DNA of 64,000 nucleotides, taken from the NCBI GenBank assembly GCA_963663965.2, contig CAXXFK010000018.1:64001-128000 (forward strand), given 5' to 3'. The translations under genes and the position numbers were made by a program. This document shows, piece after piece, positions 49,001 to 59,257 of this stretch (the stretch's first letter is position 1; each line of letters starts with the position of its first letter). The notes below the pieces were generated by a model. It was not told the DNA's origin. It searched no databases and saw nothing but the letters and a program-made list of their open reading frames with translations. This stretch comes from Sedimentisphaerales bacterium. Lineage in GTDB: Bacteria; Planctomycetota; Phycisphaerae; Sedimentisphaerales; SM23-30.

Positions 49001-51676
49001 ATGAAGCTAAAGCGCTCCGAACATAAAACGGTTCTGCGTCGCGGATGGTCCTGCTTGCGGAACATCCGCCTGCGATTATTCGTTCTGATAATTGTTGGAC
49101 TGGGACTACTGGCGGGGTTGTTCGTTTCGGGGGTATGGGCCGGTTATCGACTGAATCTCTGGTATTCCCGTAAGGGGTTTACCGTCAAAGCCTGGGGGCG
49201 CAGCTTATTAGTCCATCAATTGGGATGTGTCAAACATTTCTTTCAGGGATTATCCGTTCAGCCGGAACGTATCGATATCGACATCAAGGCCAAAGATATG
49301 GCCATCCTGGAAGCGATCCGTCAGGATGCTCTCAACAAGGGCAATCTGTTTTCCACCCCGGATGACTGGGTCTCGGCCCGGATACGGTATCAGGGCCAGA
49401 GTTATGATGCCGCCGTGCGACTTAAAGGAGATATGCCGGACCATTGGTATGAAAAAGATGGCTGGTCGTTGAAAATCAAATTGAAAAATGATCAGACCTT
49501 GTTTGGTATGCGCCGTTTTTCCATTCAACAACCCTGGACGCGCTGGTTTCTGGCCGAATGGATAACCCATCGCTGGCTGGCCTATCATGATCTCATCGCG
49601 ATGCGTTATCAGTTCATTGAAGTGGGGATTAATGGGAAAAATCAGTCCATCTTTGCCGTCGAAGAAAATTTCGATAAATATTTAATTGAAAACAATTGTT
49701 TTCGCGAAGGGCCCATTTTAAGGTTTAATAACGATTTATCCTGGTCGCTGGGGCCGGATAACCCACTTTATTTCGATAATTTTCTGGATGCTTCGATCGA
49801 GCCGGGTTTTCCTGAATCGGCGCTAAACGATCCCGCCATGAAAGTTATCTGGCAGAAAGCGGCTACGTTACTGGAGCAATTGCGCACGGGACAGCTGGCA
49901 GTTGAACAGGTGATTGATGTCGATAAGATGGCGTTATATTTCGCACTTTTTGAGCTTTTCAAGAGCGACCATATTGTTTCGCTGGATAATATGAGACTTT
50001 ATTACAATCCCATTACCAGCCGAATCGAGCCGGTGGGTTATGATTGTGAAGATATCCAGACATTATCCTATGTTGACGGTAATTCAATCAGTGGTTATTA
50101 TCCGGAGCCGGGACTGTATCCATCTCCCAATGCCTGGCGTCGCCTTCTGTTTTGTAACCGGGCATTTTATTCGGCCTACCTGCGTGCTCTGGAGCGGATA
50201 TCCGCCCCGGGTTATCTGGAAGCCTTTTTCAAAGCAATTGAGAATGATCAGCAAAAAGCCCTGGCGATCCTTTACAAGGGCAATCCATGGTATTTCTATG
50301 AAGATGAAAACCTGCTTAAAACCAATCGAGATTTTATTCGATCGGTTCTCAAAACCCCGATCGGACCGGTATGCTATTTAAAATCCTGCGATCTGGAGCG
50401 ACGGCAATTAACCTTTCAGATCAGAAACCTTGGGATTTTACCGGTTGTGCTGGACAGTTTTCAGTCAGGTAATATTCAAATCCGCCCCAGTCAGGAGATT
50501 CTCCTGTATAGTCACACCCCCGGTCCGGCAAAGCGATATCATGAGATTACCGTTGCCATTTCACCCGATATTGAGCCGGCCGGGCAGGACTGGACCAATG
50601 CTTTGACAGTTAGATGGCACAAAATGGGGCTGACAGAAACTCGGGAAACCAAGGTACATAACTGGCCGGCAGTGACGGATGAATTTTCCGGACCGGATGC
50701 CTTGAGGGTGGATTCAACCGTCGAAAAATTTGATTTTATCATTGGCGATAAGGATGGCAACTATCGTATTCAACCCGGGCGCCATACTCTGACTGAACCT
50801 TTAATTGTCCCAGTTGGGAGAAAGCTGATCTGTGGTCCGGGTACGGTTCTGGATTTGACCACCCAGGCCATGTTGATCAGCCGTTCGCCTCTGGAATTTA
50901 TTGGTTCTGCAGAAGACCCCATTGGCTTGATCAGTTCAGATAAAAAGGGAATGGGATTGATCGTCATGGATGCCGGCGGGATCTCTCATCTGGAACAGGT
51001 TTATTTTAATGGACTATCCAATCCTCAGAATCACGGATGGTCAGTTTCGGCTGCTGTTTCGTTTTATCAATCGGATGTCGATGTCCGGGATTGTGTTTTC
51101 CGGGCCAATCGTTGTGAAGATTATCTGAATACCATACGATGTCGCTTTTCCCTGGAACGCACTCGTTTTGAACATACGGCCGCCGATGCGTTTGATTCTG
51201 ATTTCAGTCAAGGATCCATGAAACAGGTTGGGTTTATTCAGTGTGGCAACGATGCCGTTGATGTATCCGGCACGCAGATCGAAATCGATGATATCGTTAT
51301 TGAAAAAGCCGGGGACAAAGGCCTCAGCGCCGGCGAACGCAGTCGTATGTCTGTTCAAAACGCTTATCTCACCGATTGTGAGATTGCCGTGGCATCCAAA
51401 GACGATTCCGAGTTAACCATAGCCAAGGTTGCCATTCACAAGAGCCGGGTTGGTTTTACGGCGTTTCAGAAAAAATCAGAATATGGTCCGGGCATCATCC
51501 GGGCCACCGGGATTTTCTGTAACGATAGTCTGGAAGCCATCATGCTCGAACAAGGTTCCCTGATCGAAATAGAGGGCCAGAAACAAGCGTGGACCCACGA
51601 GAAAATCCGCGATCTGTTCTATGGGGAGCTCTATGGACGTAAGAGCGGTATACTTATGCTCGACACCGATCAGTAA
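49001..51676 (+). CDS. CotH kinase family protein with C-terminal parallel beta-helix
   Basis: 'VRLKGD..DH', 'N.RLYYNPIT...EPVGYD'; 'DAFDSDFS', 'GNDAVDVSG', 'GDKGLSAGE'. Confidence 0.8.
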   Translation: MKLKRSEHKTVLRRGWSCLRNIRLRLFVLIIVGLGLLAGLFVSGVWAGYRLNLWYSRKGFTVKAWGRSLLVHQLGCVKHFFQGLSVQPERIDIDIKAKDMAILEAIRQDALNKGNLFSTPDDWVSARIRYQGQSYDAAVRLKGDMPDHWYEKDGWSLKIKLKNDQTLFGMRRFSIQQPWTRWFLAEWITHRWLAYHDLIAMRYQFIEVGINGKNQSIFAVEENFDKYLIENNCFREGPILRFNNDLSWSLGPDNPLYFDNFLDASIEPGFPESALNDPAMKVIWQKAATLLEQLRTGQLAVEQVIDVDKMALYFALFELFKSDHIVSLDNMRLYYNPITSRIEPVGYDCEDIQTLSYVDGNSISGYYPEPGLYPSPNAWRRLLFCNRAFYSAYLRALERISAPGYLEAFFKAIENDQQKALAILYKGNPWYFYEDENLLKTNRDFIRSVLKTPIGPVCYLKSCDLERRQLTFQIRNLGILPVVLDSFQSGNIQIRPSQEILLYSHTPGPAKRYHEITVAISPDIEPAGQDWTNALTVRWHKMGLTETRETKVHNWPAVTDEFSGPDALRVDSTVEKFDFIIGDKDGNYRIQPGRHTLTEPLIVPVGRKLICGPGTVLDLTTQAMLISRSPLEFIGSAEDPIGLISSDKKGMGLIVMDAGGISHLEQVYFNGLSNPQNHGWSVSAAVSFYQSDVDVRDCVFRANRCEDYLNTIRCRFSLERTRFEHTAADAFDSDFSQGSMKQVGFIQCGNDAVDVSGTQIEIDDIVIEKAGDKGLSAGERSRMSVQNAYLTDCEIAVASKDDSELTIAKVAIHKSRVGFTAFQKKSEYGPGIIRATGIFCNDSLEAIMLEQGSLIEIEGQKQAWTHEKIRDLFYGELYGRKSGILMLDTDQ

Positions 51677-51690
51677 GTTAACCGGATAGA

Positions 51691-52584
51691 TTATACCTGA
51701 TTTTTTCTGCGATAGCGGTATTTTAAAGGGCAAAAACCGGTTTTTTGTTTAAACTGCTGGGAGAAATAAAAGACAGAACTGAAACCCAGGCGATCGGAAA
51801 TCTGATTGACGGGCAAATCGGTGTGATCCAGTAATTCGCGGGCACGTTGAAATCTAAACTCCAGTTGATACTGTCGCGGGGACAGTCCGGTATGATTTTT
51901 GAAATGTTTACGAAACCAGGAATAACTGACGCAAAGCTGTTCCGCCAGTTCCCTCAAATCGATATTTTCCGTCATGCGGTCGATCAGCGTTGCTTTCGCC
52001 TGGTTAATAATCTGGATTTTTTCGTTATCGAAATCTTCCTGCCCTTTATTGGCCAGCAAATGGGCCAGAATCGTAATGGTATGGCTGGCTAACAGATATT
52101 GGAATCCTTGAGGTTCATGCCGGGCAGTTTCAACTAACTGAATAAAATGATCCATCCAGACGTCGGAGGCACGCAAATTAATAACCGGTTTACCTGGATC
52201 GAATTCCGGACAATTCATAAAGCGTTCGGCAGTATTGCCGGTCATTTCGATCCAGTATTCATCCCAACCGGTCTGGATGTCCGGACGATAACGATGCCAG
52301 ATATGGGGATAGACAATAAAAAGGCAATTTTTCTCAATGCGAATCAAACCGCTCTCGGTGGATTCAAAAGTGCCTGAGCCATTGGGAATATAAACCAGTG
52401 TGTAGGTATCCAGAATGCGGCCTTTGCGCCAGGTAAAATTGTGGTCATCAGGATGCTTGGCAGGGGGGTAGGGATGCTGGGGAGGAATTTTGGAGTTGCC
52501 TACGCTGACCACGGTGAAACCCCAGGTGCGATTGGGATCTGTTATCGGGAAATATTTGAAAAAAGTATAGGCGGGAGCGGTCAT
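51691..52584 (-). CDS. AraC family transcriptional regulator
   Basis: Cupin N-terminus 'WHRYRP....GWDEYWI'; C-terminal AraC HTH. Confidence 0.92.
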   Translation of the reverse strand: MTAPAYTFFKYFPITDPNRTWGFTVVSVGNSKIPPQHPYPPAKHPDDHNFTWRKGRILDTYTLVYIPNGSGTFESTESGLIRIEKNCLFIVYPHIWHRYRPDIQTGWDEYWIEMTGNTAERFMNCPEFDPGKPVINLRASDVWMDHFIQLVETARHEPQGFQYLLASHTITILAHLLANKGQEDFDNEKIQIINQAKATLIDRMTENIDLRELAEQLCVSYSWFRKHFKNHTGLSPRQYQLEFRFQRARELLDHTDLPVNQISDRLGFSSVFYFSQQFKQKTGFCPLKYRYRRKNQV

Positions 52585-52775
52585 ATCATATCCCTTAAAA
52601 AATATGCCATAAAACGCATTTATAATATAATAACCTGCTTATTATAATATCAAAAGTATAAATTTTTAGAAGTATGCACAGGTAAACACGAGATGGTTCA
52701 GTTATGGTTGAATGTGCATATAACTGGTTGATATTGTTAAGGTAAGAATCATTGCGATAACAGGGAGCTGAATAT

Positions 52776-53939
52776 ATGAACGAGTATCTGACACCTCGTG
52801 AACGGGTATTAAAAGCGCTGAATCATCAGGAACCGGACCGGGTACCCATTGATCTGGGCGGGTTTCAAACCGGAATTCATAAAAAATCTTATGAAGCATT
52901 GATACAACATCTGGGCTTGAGTGAAGAGATTATTATTATGGATCCGGTTCAACAACTGGCTCAGCCCAGTGAAGCCGTTTTACAACGTTTTCGGGTTGAT
53001 ACTCGCTATGTCTGTGCCAACGGACCGGATGGTTTTGATGGATCGATTAAACAGCATACGCGTAAAGGCAGGTTATGGCACGACCTGACTGATGAGTTTG
53101 GCGTTGTCTGGTCGATGCCGGATGATCAACAATTGTATATGGATATTAGTCATCATCCTCTCCGGGATGCGTCGATCAGAGATATAAAAGATTATCAATT
53201 TCCCAATGGCAGGGATCCCAGCCGGTTCGCAGGATTGAGAGAGAAAGTGGCCAAACAGCGTCGCGAAACAAGCTACGCCTTATGTACAGGAATCGGCGGT
53301 GTGATCTATGAATATTGCTGGTACATGCGTGGTCTGGAGCAATGGTTTATCGATATACTGGAGCAGCCGGCGTTTTGTGCGGCATTGCTGGATTGTACCT
53401 TGACATACTGGAAGGATTTCTATACCGGCTTTCTGGGGCAAATTGGCGATCTGGTCGATGTGATTATGATTGGGGATGACCTGGCCGGCCAATCCGGTCC
53501 CCTTTTTGCTCCATCTTTTTACCGTGAATTTGTCAAACCACGTCAGAAAGCGCTGGTTCAGCATATTCGTTTCATGACCGGCGCAAAAATCTGGTATCAT
53601 ACCTGTGGCGGCTGTAAACCGTATATCCCCGATCTGATTGACAATGGCGTCGATATTCTTAATCCTATTCAAACTAGCGCGGAAGGTATGGATCCCACTC
53701 AGTTAAAACGTGAATTTGGTTCAGATATTACGCTATGGGGTGGCGGTATCGATTCTCAACATATATTCCCGTTTGCCACCCCAGATGAAGTACGTGAGCA
53801 CGTTCGCGCCAATCTGGCAATCTTCAAGCCTGATGGCGGTTATGTTTTTAACAATATCCATAATATTCAGCCTGGTATTCCAGTGGAGAATATTGTTGCT
53901 CTTTATGATGCAGCATATGAATTTGGATTCTATCAATAG
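52776..53939 (+). CDS. Uroporphyrinogen decarboxylase-like (URO-D/MtaA superfamily) protein
   Basis: 'EPDRVPID', 'DEFG..W', 'GDDLA.Q', 'WYHTCG', 'WGGGID.Q', 'HNIQ'. Confidence 0.85.
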   Translation: MNEYLTPRERVLKALNHQEPDRVPIDLGGFQTGIHKKSYEALIQHLGLSEEIIIMDPVQQLAQPSEAVLQRFRVDTRYVCANGPDGFDGSIKQHTRKGRLWHDLTDEFGVVWSMPDDQQLYMDISHHPLRDASIRDIKDYQFPNGRDPSRFAGLREKVAKQRRETSYALCTGIGGVIYEYCWYMRGLEQWFIDILEQPAFCAALLDCTLTYWKDFYTGFLGQIGDLVDVIMIGDDLAGQSGPLFAPSFYREFVKPRQKALVQHIRFMTGAKIWYHTCGGCKPYIPDLIDNGVDILNPIQTSAEGMDPTQLKREFGSDITLWGGGIDSQHIFPFATPDEVREHVRANLAIFKPDGGYVFNNIHNIQPGIPVENIVALYDAAYEFGFYQ

Positions 53940-54031
53940 TGCCGAGAGTATTCATTATTTTGTTCCTAAAAGGCAAAATCGATTTAGCATTGGCCTTTAT
54001 ATAACACGAAGTTGTTTGGGGATTTAAGACT

Positions 54032-54823
54032 ATGAAAAAACGAACAGGTTTTACTCTGATTGAGTTATTGGTAGTTATCTCAATTATTGCCTTACTTGTA
54101 GCGATTCTGATGCCGGCGCTGAATAAAGCGCGAGAGTCCTCCAAGCGCGCCTGGTGTGTCAACAGCGCCCGGAGTCTGACATTGGCCTGGATGATGTACG
54201 CTGACGATAATGAAGGCCGGTTGTGTGGTCCACGCGGGGTGTTGCCCGCGGATACTCCATATGGCTGGGTCATGGGCGTGCTGGACGATGATACCGGACA
54301 ATTCAGCCAGTATCCGGTGGATCAATCCGAGCAGTCTCAAATTGAGGCGATCCGGGGAGGGAAACTGTATCGTTATACCAATACGGTCGAAGTTTACCGT
54401 TGCCCGGTCGCGAAACCACAGGAGATGCGCACCTATAGCTGTAATTTCGTATTGGGGGTTGACAGTGATCAGAATGGCCGCTGCCGTAAGTTAGAAGATA
54501 TCAAGCATGCGAGTGAACGGATTGTTTTTCTGGATGACTATGGCAATAACTGGGACGCGCAATGGGTCGTTTGGTATGATCAACCCCGCTGGTGGAATCC
54601 CATTCCGGCCCGCCATGGTCCCGGAACCGTGACTTCATTCGCCGATGGGCATGCGGATTACTGGCGCTGGACCGATCCGCGTACGATCGAATGGAGCAAT
54701 TTAACCTGGCTGGAAGCTGAAACGCAAAGAAACTCCGGCAATACCTTGCAATCCAATAATATGGATTTAATGACGATCCAGCGTGGCATATTTGGTAAAC
54801 TGGGTTACGTTGTAATCGATTAA
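54032..54823 (+). CDS. Prepilin-type N-methylation / H-X9-DG domain protein
   Basis: '[14 protein letters not shown]'; 'RHGPGTVTSFADGH'. Confidence 0.88.
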   Translation: MKKRTGFTLIELLVVISIIALLVAILMPALNKARESSKRAWCVNSARSLTLAWMMYADDNEGRLCGPRGVLPADTPYGWVMGVLDDDTGQFSQYPVDQSEQSQIEAIRGGKLYRYTNTVEVYRCPVAKPQEMRTYSCNFVLGVDSDQNGRCRKLEDIKHASERIVFLDDYGNNWDAQWVVWYDQPRWWNPIPARHGPGTVTSFADGHADYWRWTDPRTIEWSNLTWLEAETQRNSGNTLQSNNMDLMTIQRGIFGKLGYVVID

Positions 54824-55097
54824 TTCACCCCCCCATGGGGATGAATCCTGAGGATATGATCCGTGTCAACCTGGCGAGGCGGGATCGAGCCAGAGAGAGT
54901 TTGCCGGTTGGAATGATCCTGGATTTATATATCATACTTTAGGGGATTCAACTGTCTTGAGTGGATTTCCAGGTTCATAATGATGAGATTGGCTGTTTCC
55001 GGTCCTGATCACCTTGGCAGGGAGGGTAATAATTCCGGGAAGCTTTCACAGTAAACACTTGATCTCTGGGGACTGGATATTAAAATGGAATAATTTA

Positions 55098-55274
55098 GAG
55101 TGCCTGACGAAATGAATTTACTACTGTGACCGGCTGCAAAAGTGGTCCGCTACGTTCTTGGGACCCAATATCCTCGACAACTTATAGAAAGGTTGCCTGT
55201 GGGGGTATGAACCCTGTTGCATTGCTGATTACTTTTTTACTCGGTCTTGCTATAAATCATTTTGTCAGGCGCTC
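55098..55274. mobile_element. MITE, copy B of the GAGTGCCTGAC family
   Basis: TIRs GAGTGCCTGACGAAATG / CATTTTGTCAGGCGCTC; flanks TTA and TGA. Confidence 0.7.
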
Positions 55275-55321
55275 TGAATGAAGGAAATATTGCCAATTAA
55301 TTTTATCCTGGAGTTATTACC

Positions 55322-55948
55322 TTGGAAAGTTCATTTGATGCAAAGGCTAAAGAGTGGGATAGCGACCCTCAGAAAGTTGAACTGGCTAGAAAATTCACAG
55401 ATTGTCTTTTGAAGACCATAGACTGGAGGAGTTCATTTAAAGTTCTGGAATTTGGTTGCGGTACCGCCCTGGTTAGCATGAACCTGGTTGATCGAACCGA
55501 TCGTATCTATTTGTCTGATACTTCAAATGGTATGCTTGAGGTTGCCAGGGCCAAGATTGACCGTTGTGGGATAAAAAATGTGATACTCTGCCCCGGCGAA
55601 TTAAATGAAAATGCTAATACACTTCCCCCTTTGGATGTGGTTTATTCCCTCATGGCATTTCATCATATCCGGGATATCGATCGTTTGGTCGCAGTGATTG
55701 CCCGGTTGCTTAAACCGGGCGGGATGTTATGTATTGGCGATCTTGAAGCGGAAGATGGCAGTTTTCATCAAGGAGATTTTGACGGGCATCACGGTTTTGA
55801 TTTGATCGCTCTGGAGCAAACACTGGAACAGGCAGGATTGAATGTCTGTCAAGTCACTCGTTTTCATCAAATCAGCAAGCCCGATAAGGAGGGTGAGTTT
55901 AAAGACTATCCCTTGTTTTTTATGGGGGTAAGGAAGATGCTCGCTTAA
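55322..55948 (+). CDS. Class I SAM-dependent methyltransferase
   Basis: 'FD.KA..WD', 'VLEFGCGT', 'AFHHI', 'LKPGG', 'EDGSFH'. Confidence 0.88.
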   Translation: MESSFDAKAKEWDSDPQKVELARKFTDCLLKTIDWRSSFKVLEFGCGTALVSMNLVDRTDRIYLSDTSNGMLEVARAKIDRCGIKNVILCPGELNENANTLPPLDVVYSLMAFHHIRDIDRLVAVIARLLKPGGMLCIGDLEAEDGSFHQGDFDGHHGFDLIALEQTLEQAGLNVCQVTRFHQISKPDKEGEFKDYPLFFMGVRKMLA

Positions 55949-56178
55949 AGCATTATAAATCGCACTATATAATTAAGTCGAAATTGTTGGCATATTTTTT
56001 GTTTGTAGACTTTGGCTTACTGATTTTAGGATATAAAAGGCCGGGTATTTATTTCAAGCCCCCAGGGATAAGATTCGATCTCACTATCAGGTAATGTAGC
56101 GTTGTGTTCACGTATTATCGGCCGTTGTGGCCGAATACGTAATATGACAAATCAACTTATAGACTGGAGAGTAGATCG

Positions 56179-57177
56179 ATGAAAAAATGGACAGGTTATA
56201 TCGTTATGGCTTTTATTTTCCTGGTATCAGTATCAGGTTGGTCTAAAGATTATAAAGTTGGAGTCGCATGGTATGGGAAATCAGGCATGGCCGATACCGT
56301 TGCCAAAGGCCTGGAGGAATCGATTAAAGCTTCCATACCCGGAGTCCAGTTAGAATGTCACCCGTCGCTCAAGGATGCCGAAGAATTGGATGGTGTCGTC
56401 AAACAATTTCAGCAGGACAAGGATGCCATGGTTATATTGCGTTCAAACGGAGCTCAATATCTGATTGAAAATCCCCCCACCATACCGACATTTATCGGGG
56501 CTTGTAATAATCCGGTTGATCTTGGGGTTATCAAAAATCTCAAGTCACCCGAAGGGAATATCACCGGGGTGACATATTCCTTATCGGTTGAAACGCAGTT
56601 TGAAACATTTCGGGCGATTGTCCCTAAAATCAAGTCCATGGTTCTGCTGTTGGAAGAGGGACATCCCAGTTCGGCAATTGATCAGGCCGGTACCAAAGAA
56701 TTATGTAAAAAGCTCAAAATTGAGTATCAAGAAAAGTTCTGCAAGGTCTATAAAAACAAAGAAGGCAAAGTGGATGATGAAACAAGACAGAAGACCTTTC
56801 AGGAAGTGACTGCCGCAGTTGAAGAATTTAAAGGCAAAGTATCCATCATTGTGCTGGGTAATCAGGCATTATTTATCGATAATGCCAAAGTGGTCATGGA
56901 CGCCGCCGGGAAAACCCCGGTTCTGGCCTATTCCGCCAAGTCGGTAAAAGACGGCGCATTATGCGGCTTGTCCGCTGACGATCTTAAATTAGGACGGATG
57001 CTGGGGGATTCTATTGCTGAGGTGCTGGTCAAAGGGAAAGCCATTAAGGAGGTCCCGGTTAAAGTTGATCTCAAACCCCAGTTGTATATTAACGTAAAAA
57101 CGGCGGAGGCGCTCAAACTGGAAATTCCTTATGAAATTCTCAGTGTGGCAAAATGTGAAGGCGTTGAAAAAATGTAA
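56179..57177 (+). CDS. ABC-type substrate-binding protein (ABC_sub_bind family), no permease alongside
   Basis: Signal peptide; 'NPVDLG...L..PEGNITGV', 'INVKTAEALKLEIP'. Confidence 0.8.
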   Translation: MKKWTGYIVMAFIFLVSVSGWSKDYKVGVAWYGKSGMADTVAKGLEESIKASIPGVQLECHPSLKDAEELDGVVKQFQQDKDAMVILRSNGAQYLIENPPTIPTFIGACNNPVDLGVIKNLKSPEGNITGVTYSLSVETQFETFRAIVPKIKSMVLLLEEGHPSSAIDQAGTKELCKKLKIEYQEKFCKVYKNKEGKVDDETRQKTFQEVTAAVEEFKGKVSIIVLGNQALFIDNAKVVMDAAGKTPVLAYSAKSVKDGALCGLSADDLKLGRMLGDSIAEVLVKGKAIKEVPVKVDLKPQLYINVKTAEALKLEIPYEILSVAKCEGVEKM

Positions 57178-57243
57178 CTTGATTCGTCAGTCATGATCTA
57201 CCAGGTAAAATCTTTTACCCGACAATTAAGGATTATCAGTTTT

Positions 57244-59202
57244 ATGAAGTTAAAAATAAGAGAGAAGTTTTTATTGCCTTGCATCGTTTTGTTGATAACC
57301 TGCCTGTCCATTACCGGTTATATCACCTATAAAACATCCAGGTCTTCCATGGAGCATGCCGTTCAAAACCAGGCGCAACTGCAAGCCTCCTTTGGCAAGC
57401 GATCGATAGCCGCCTGGATCGATAATCGACGAGTGGATCTGGAAAACATGAGCCGTCAGAAGATTTATCATAATGCCATCAGTGATGATTTTATGGGCAA
57501 GGCAGCACGCAAAGCGCTCAATGTCGAATTGGCGGAAATCATCAAAGAATATGGCTGGTATGAGAATATCATTCTGGTTGATGTTAACGGGAATATTATC
57601 TCCAGTGGCGATGAGACGGTGATCGGTAAGATTAATGTTGCCAGTCGAAACTATTTTCTGGCATCAATAAAGGGCGAATACTATATGTCGCCGGTTATGA
57701 TCAGCAAGGCCTCCGGATTACCCGTTTTTGCCATGTCCACCCCCATTAAGGAAGATGATGCCATAGTTGGTGTTCTCAGTATGATTGTCAGTATGGAATA
57801 TATTCAACAACTCTATATTGATCCGATTAAGATCGGCGAACATGGTTATGCCTATATAACCGATTCTGAAGGGCTTTTGCTGGCCCATCCCAAGAGGGAG
57901 TATATCCTGGAAAAGAACCTGGGTGAAAACGACTGGTTTGGACAAATGGCGCAACAGGAGAATGGCGTTATCCGCTACACTTTTGAAAGAGTCGGCAAAT
58001 TTGCCGCCTTTGAGAGCGATCCAGAGCGCGGTTGGATTTTTGCCGTTACAGCCAATACCGATGAGATTTATGCACCGATCACAAAAATTGGTCAAACGGC
58101 CTTTACTTCCGGCATTGCAACGATTGCATTAATCATAACAGCCATCATCCTGGTCACACAAATGGTTGTAATTCGGCCGCTAAAAACCGTTGGTTCGCGT
58201 CTTCGTGATATTGCCGAAGGCGAAGGTGACCTGACGATGCGTCTGGATGAAAGCCGTAAGGATGAAGTGGCGGATCTGGCCCATTGGTTTAATGTTTTTG
58301 TCGGCAAACTACAGGATGATATCCGCCAGATGGGGATCCAGGCCGACCGGATGAATCAAGCGTCCAGGCGCCTGGGTCAGAATGCCCAGCAGTTAACCGC
58401 CGCTTCCGACGCCATGGGCCAGCAATCTAACAGCGCTTCCCAGGCTGTCGATCAAATGAATGAGACGATGAATTCCGTGGTAAGCCGTAGTGAAGATATG
58501 GCCGCGCGGATCAATTCCGTGGCCACTGCGGTTGAGGAAATGTCCGTCAGTATTACTGAGGTTGCCCGCAATACTGAAGAAGCCGCGAAAAAGGCCGGAA
58601 ATGCTTCAAGTCAAACCCAAGCCAGCAATGAGAAGATTGGACAGCTTAATCTGGCTGCGGAAGAAATCGGCAAAGTCATTGAAGTGATTCAGGATATCGC
58701 CGAGCAAACTAACTTGCTGGCTTTAAATGCTACTATCGAAGCGGCGCGTGCCGGAGATGCCGGTAAAGGATTTGCGGTGGTCGCTACTGAGGTCAAAGAG
58801 CTGGCGCGTCAGACCGCTGAAGCGACCAGTAACATTGCCCAGCGTATTACGGCTATCCAGCAGACAACCGGTGAAACGGTCGAAGCAATCAGCGGGATAG
58901 GGCAGTCCATTGTACAAGTCAATGATGTTTCGCAGTCTATCGCATCCTCGGTTGAGGAACAGAGCATTACTACGCGTGAAATCGCTCAGAATGTTTCCCA
59001 GACGGCAGATGCTTCCCGAAATGTCACCGCCAGTATCAATCAGACGGCTGAAACTTCAAGACAACTTCACGATAATATCGCATCGGTTGATCATGCAGCC
59101 AAAGAGCTGGTTCAGATTGCGGTTGATACTGAAACAGCAGGTCAGGAACTCGACAGTCTGGCCAGCAATCTGGCGCAGTGGGTCAGTAGATTTAAGGTAT
59201 GA
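57244..59202 (+). CDS. Methyl-accepting chemotaxis protein (dCache + HAMP + MA)
   Basis: '[30 protein letters not shown]'; paralogue of the 27703 gene. Confidence 0.95.
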   Translation: MKLKIREKFLLPCIVLLITCLSITGYITYKTSRSSMEHAVQNQAQLQASFGKRSIAAWIDNRRVDLENMSRQKIYHNAISDDFMGKAARKALNVELAEIIKEYGWYENIILVDVNGNIISSGDETVIGKINVASRNYFLASIKGEYYMSPVMISKASGLPVFAMSTPIKEDDAIVGVLSMIVSMEYIQQLYIDPIKIGEHGYAYITDSEGLLLAHPKREYILEKNLGENDWFGQMAQQENGVIRYTFERVGKFAAFESDPERGWIFAVTANTDEIYAPITKIGQTAFTSGIATIALIITAIILVTQMVVIRPLKTVGSRLRDIAEGEGDLTMRLDESRKDEVADLAHWFNVFVGKLQDDIRQMGIQADRMNQASRRLGQNAQQLTAASDAMGQQSNSASQAVDQMNETMNSVVSRSEDMAARINSVATAVEEMSVSITEVARNTEEAAKKAGNASSQTQASNEKIGQLNLAAEEIGKVIEVIQDIAEQTNLLALNATIEAARAGDAGKGFAVVATEVKELARQTAEATSNIAQRITAIQQTTGETVEAISGIGQSIVQVNDVSQSIASSVEEQSITTREIAQNVSQTADASRNVTASINQTAETSRQLHDNIASVDHAAKELVQIAVDTETAGQELDSLASNLAQWVSRFKV

Positions 59203-59225
59203 CCTTCAAGGCAATGCACATCATC

Positions 59226-59257
59226 AGGCTCGTGTCGTATTGACGCGGGCCTTTTTT
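59226..59257 (+). terminator. Rho-independent terminator (intron target)
   Basis: AGGCTCGTGTC..GACGCGGGCCT plus T run, directly before GTGCG. Confidence 0.8.

Noticed and set aside
54825..55090. Possible riboswitch or ncRNA in the intergenic region
   Set aside because: No recognisable conserved aptamer motif by eye; would need an Rfam scan
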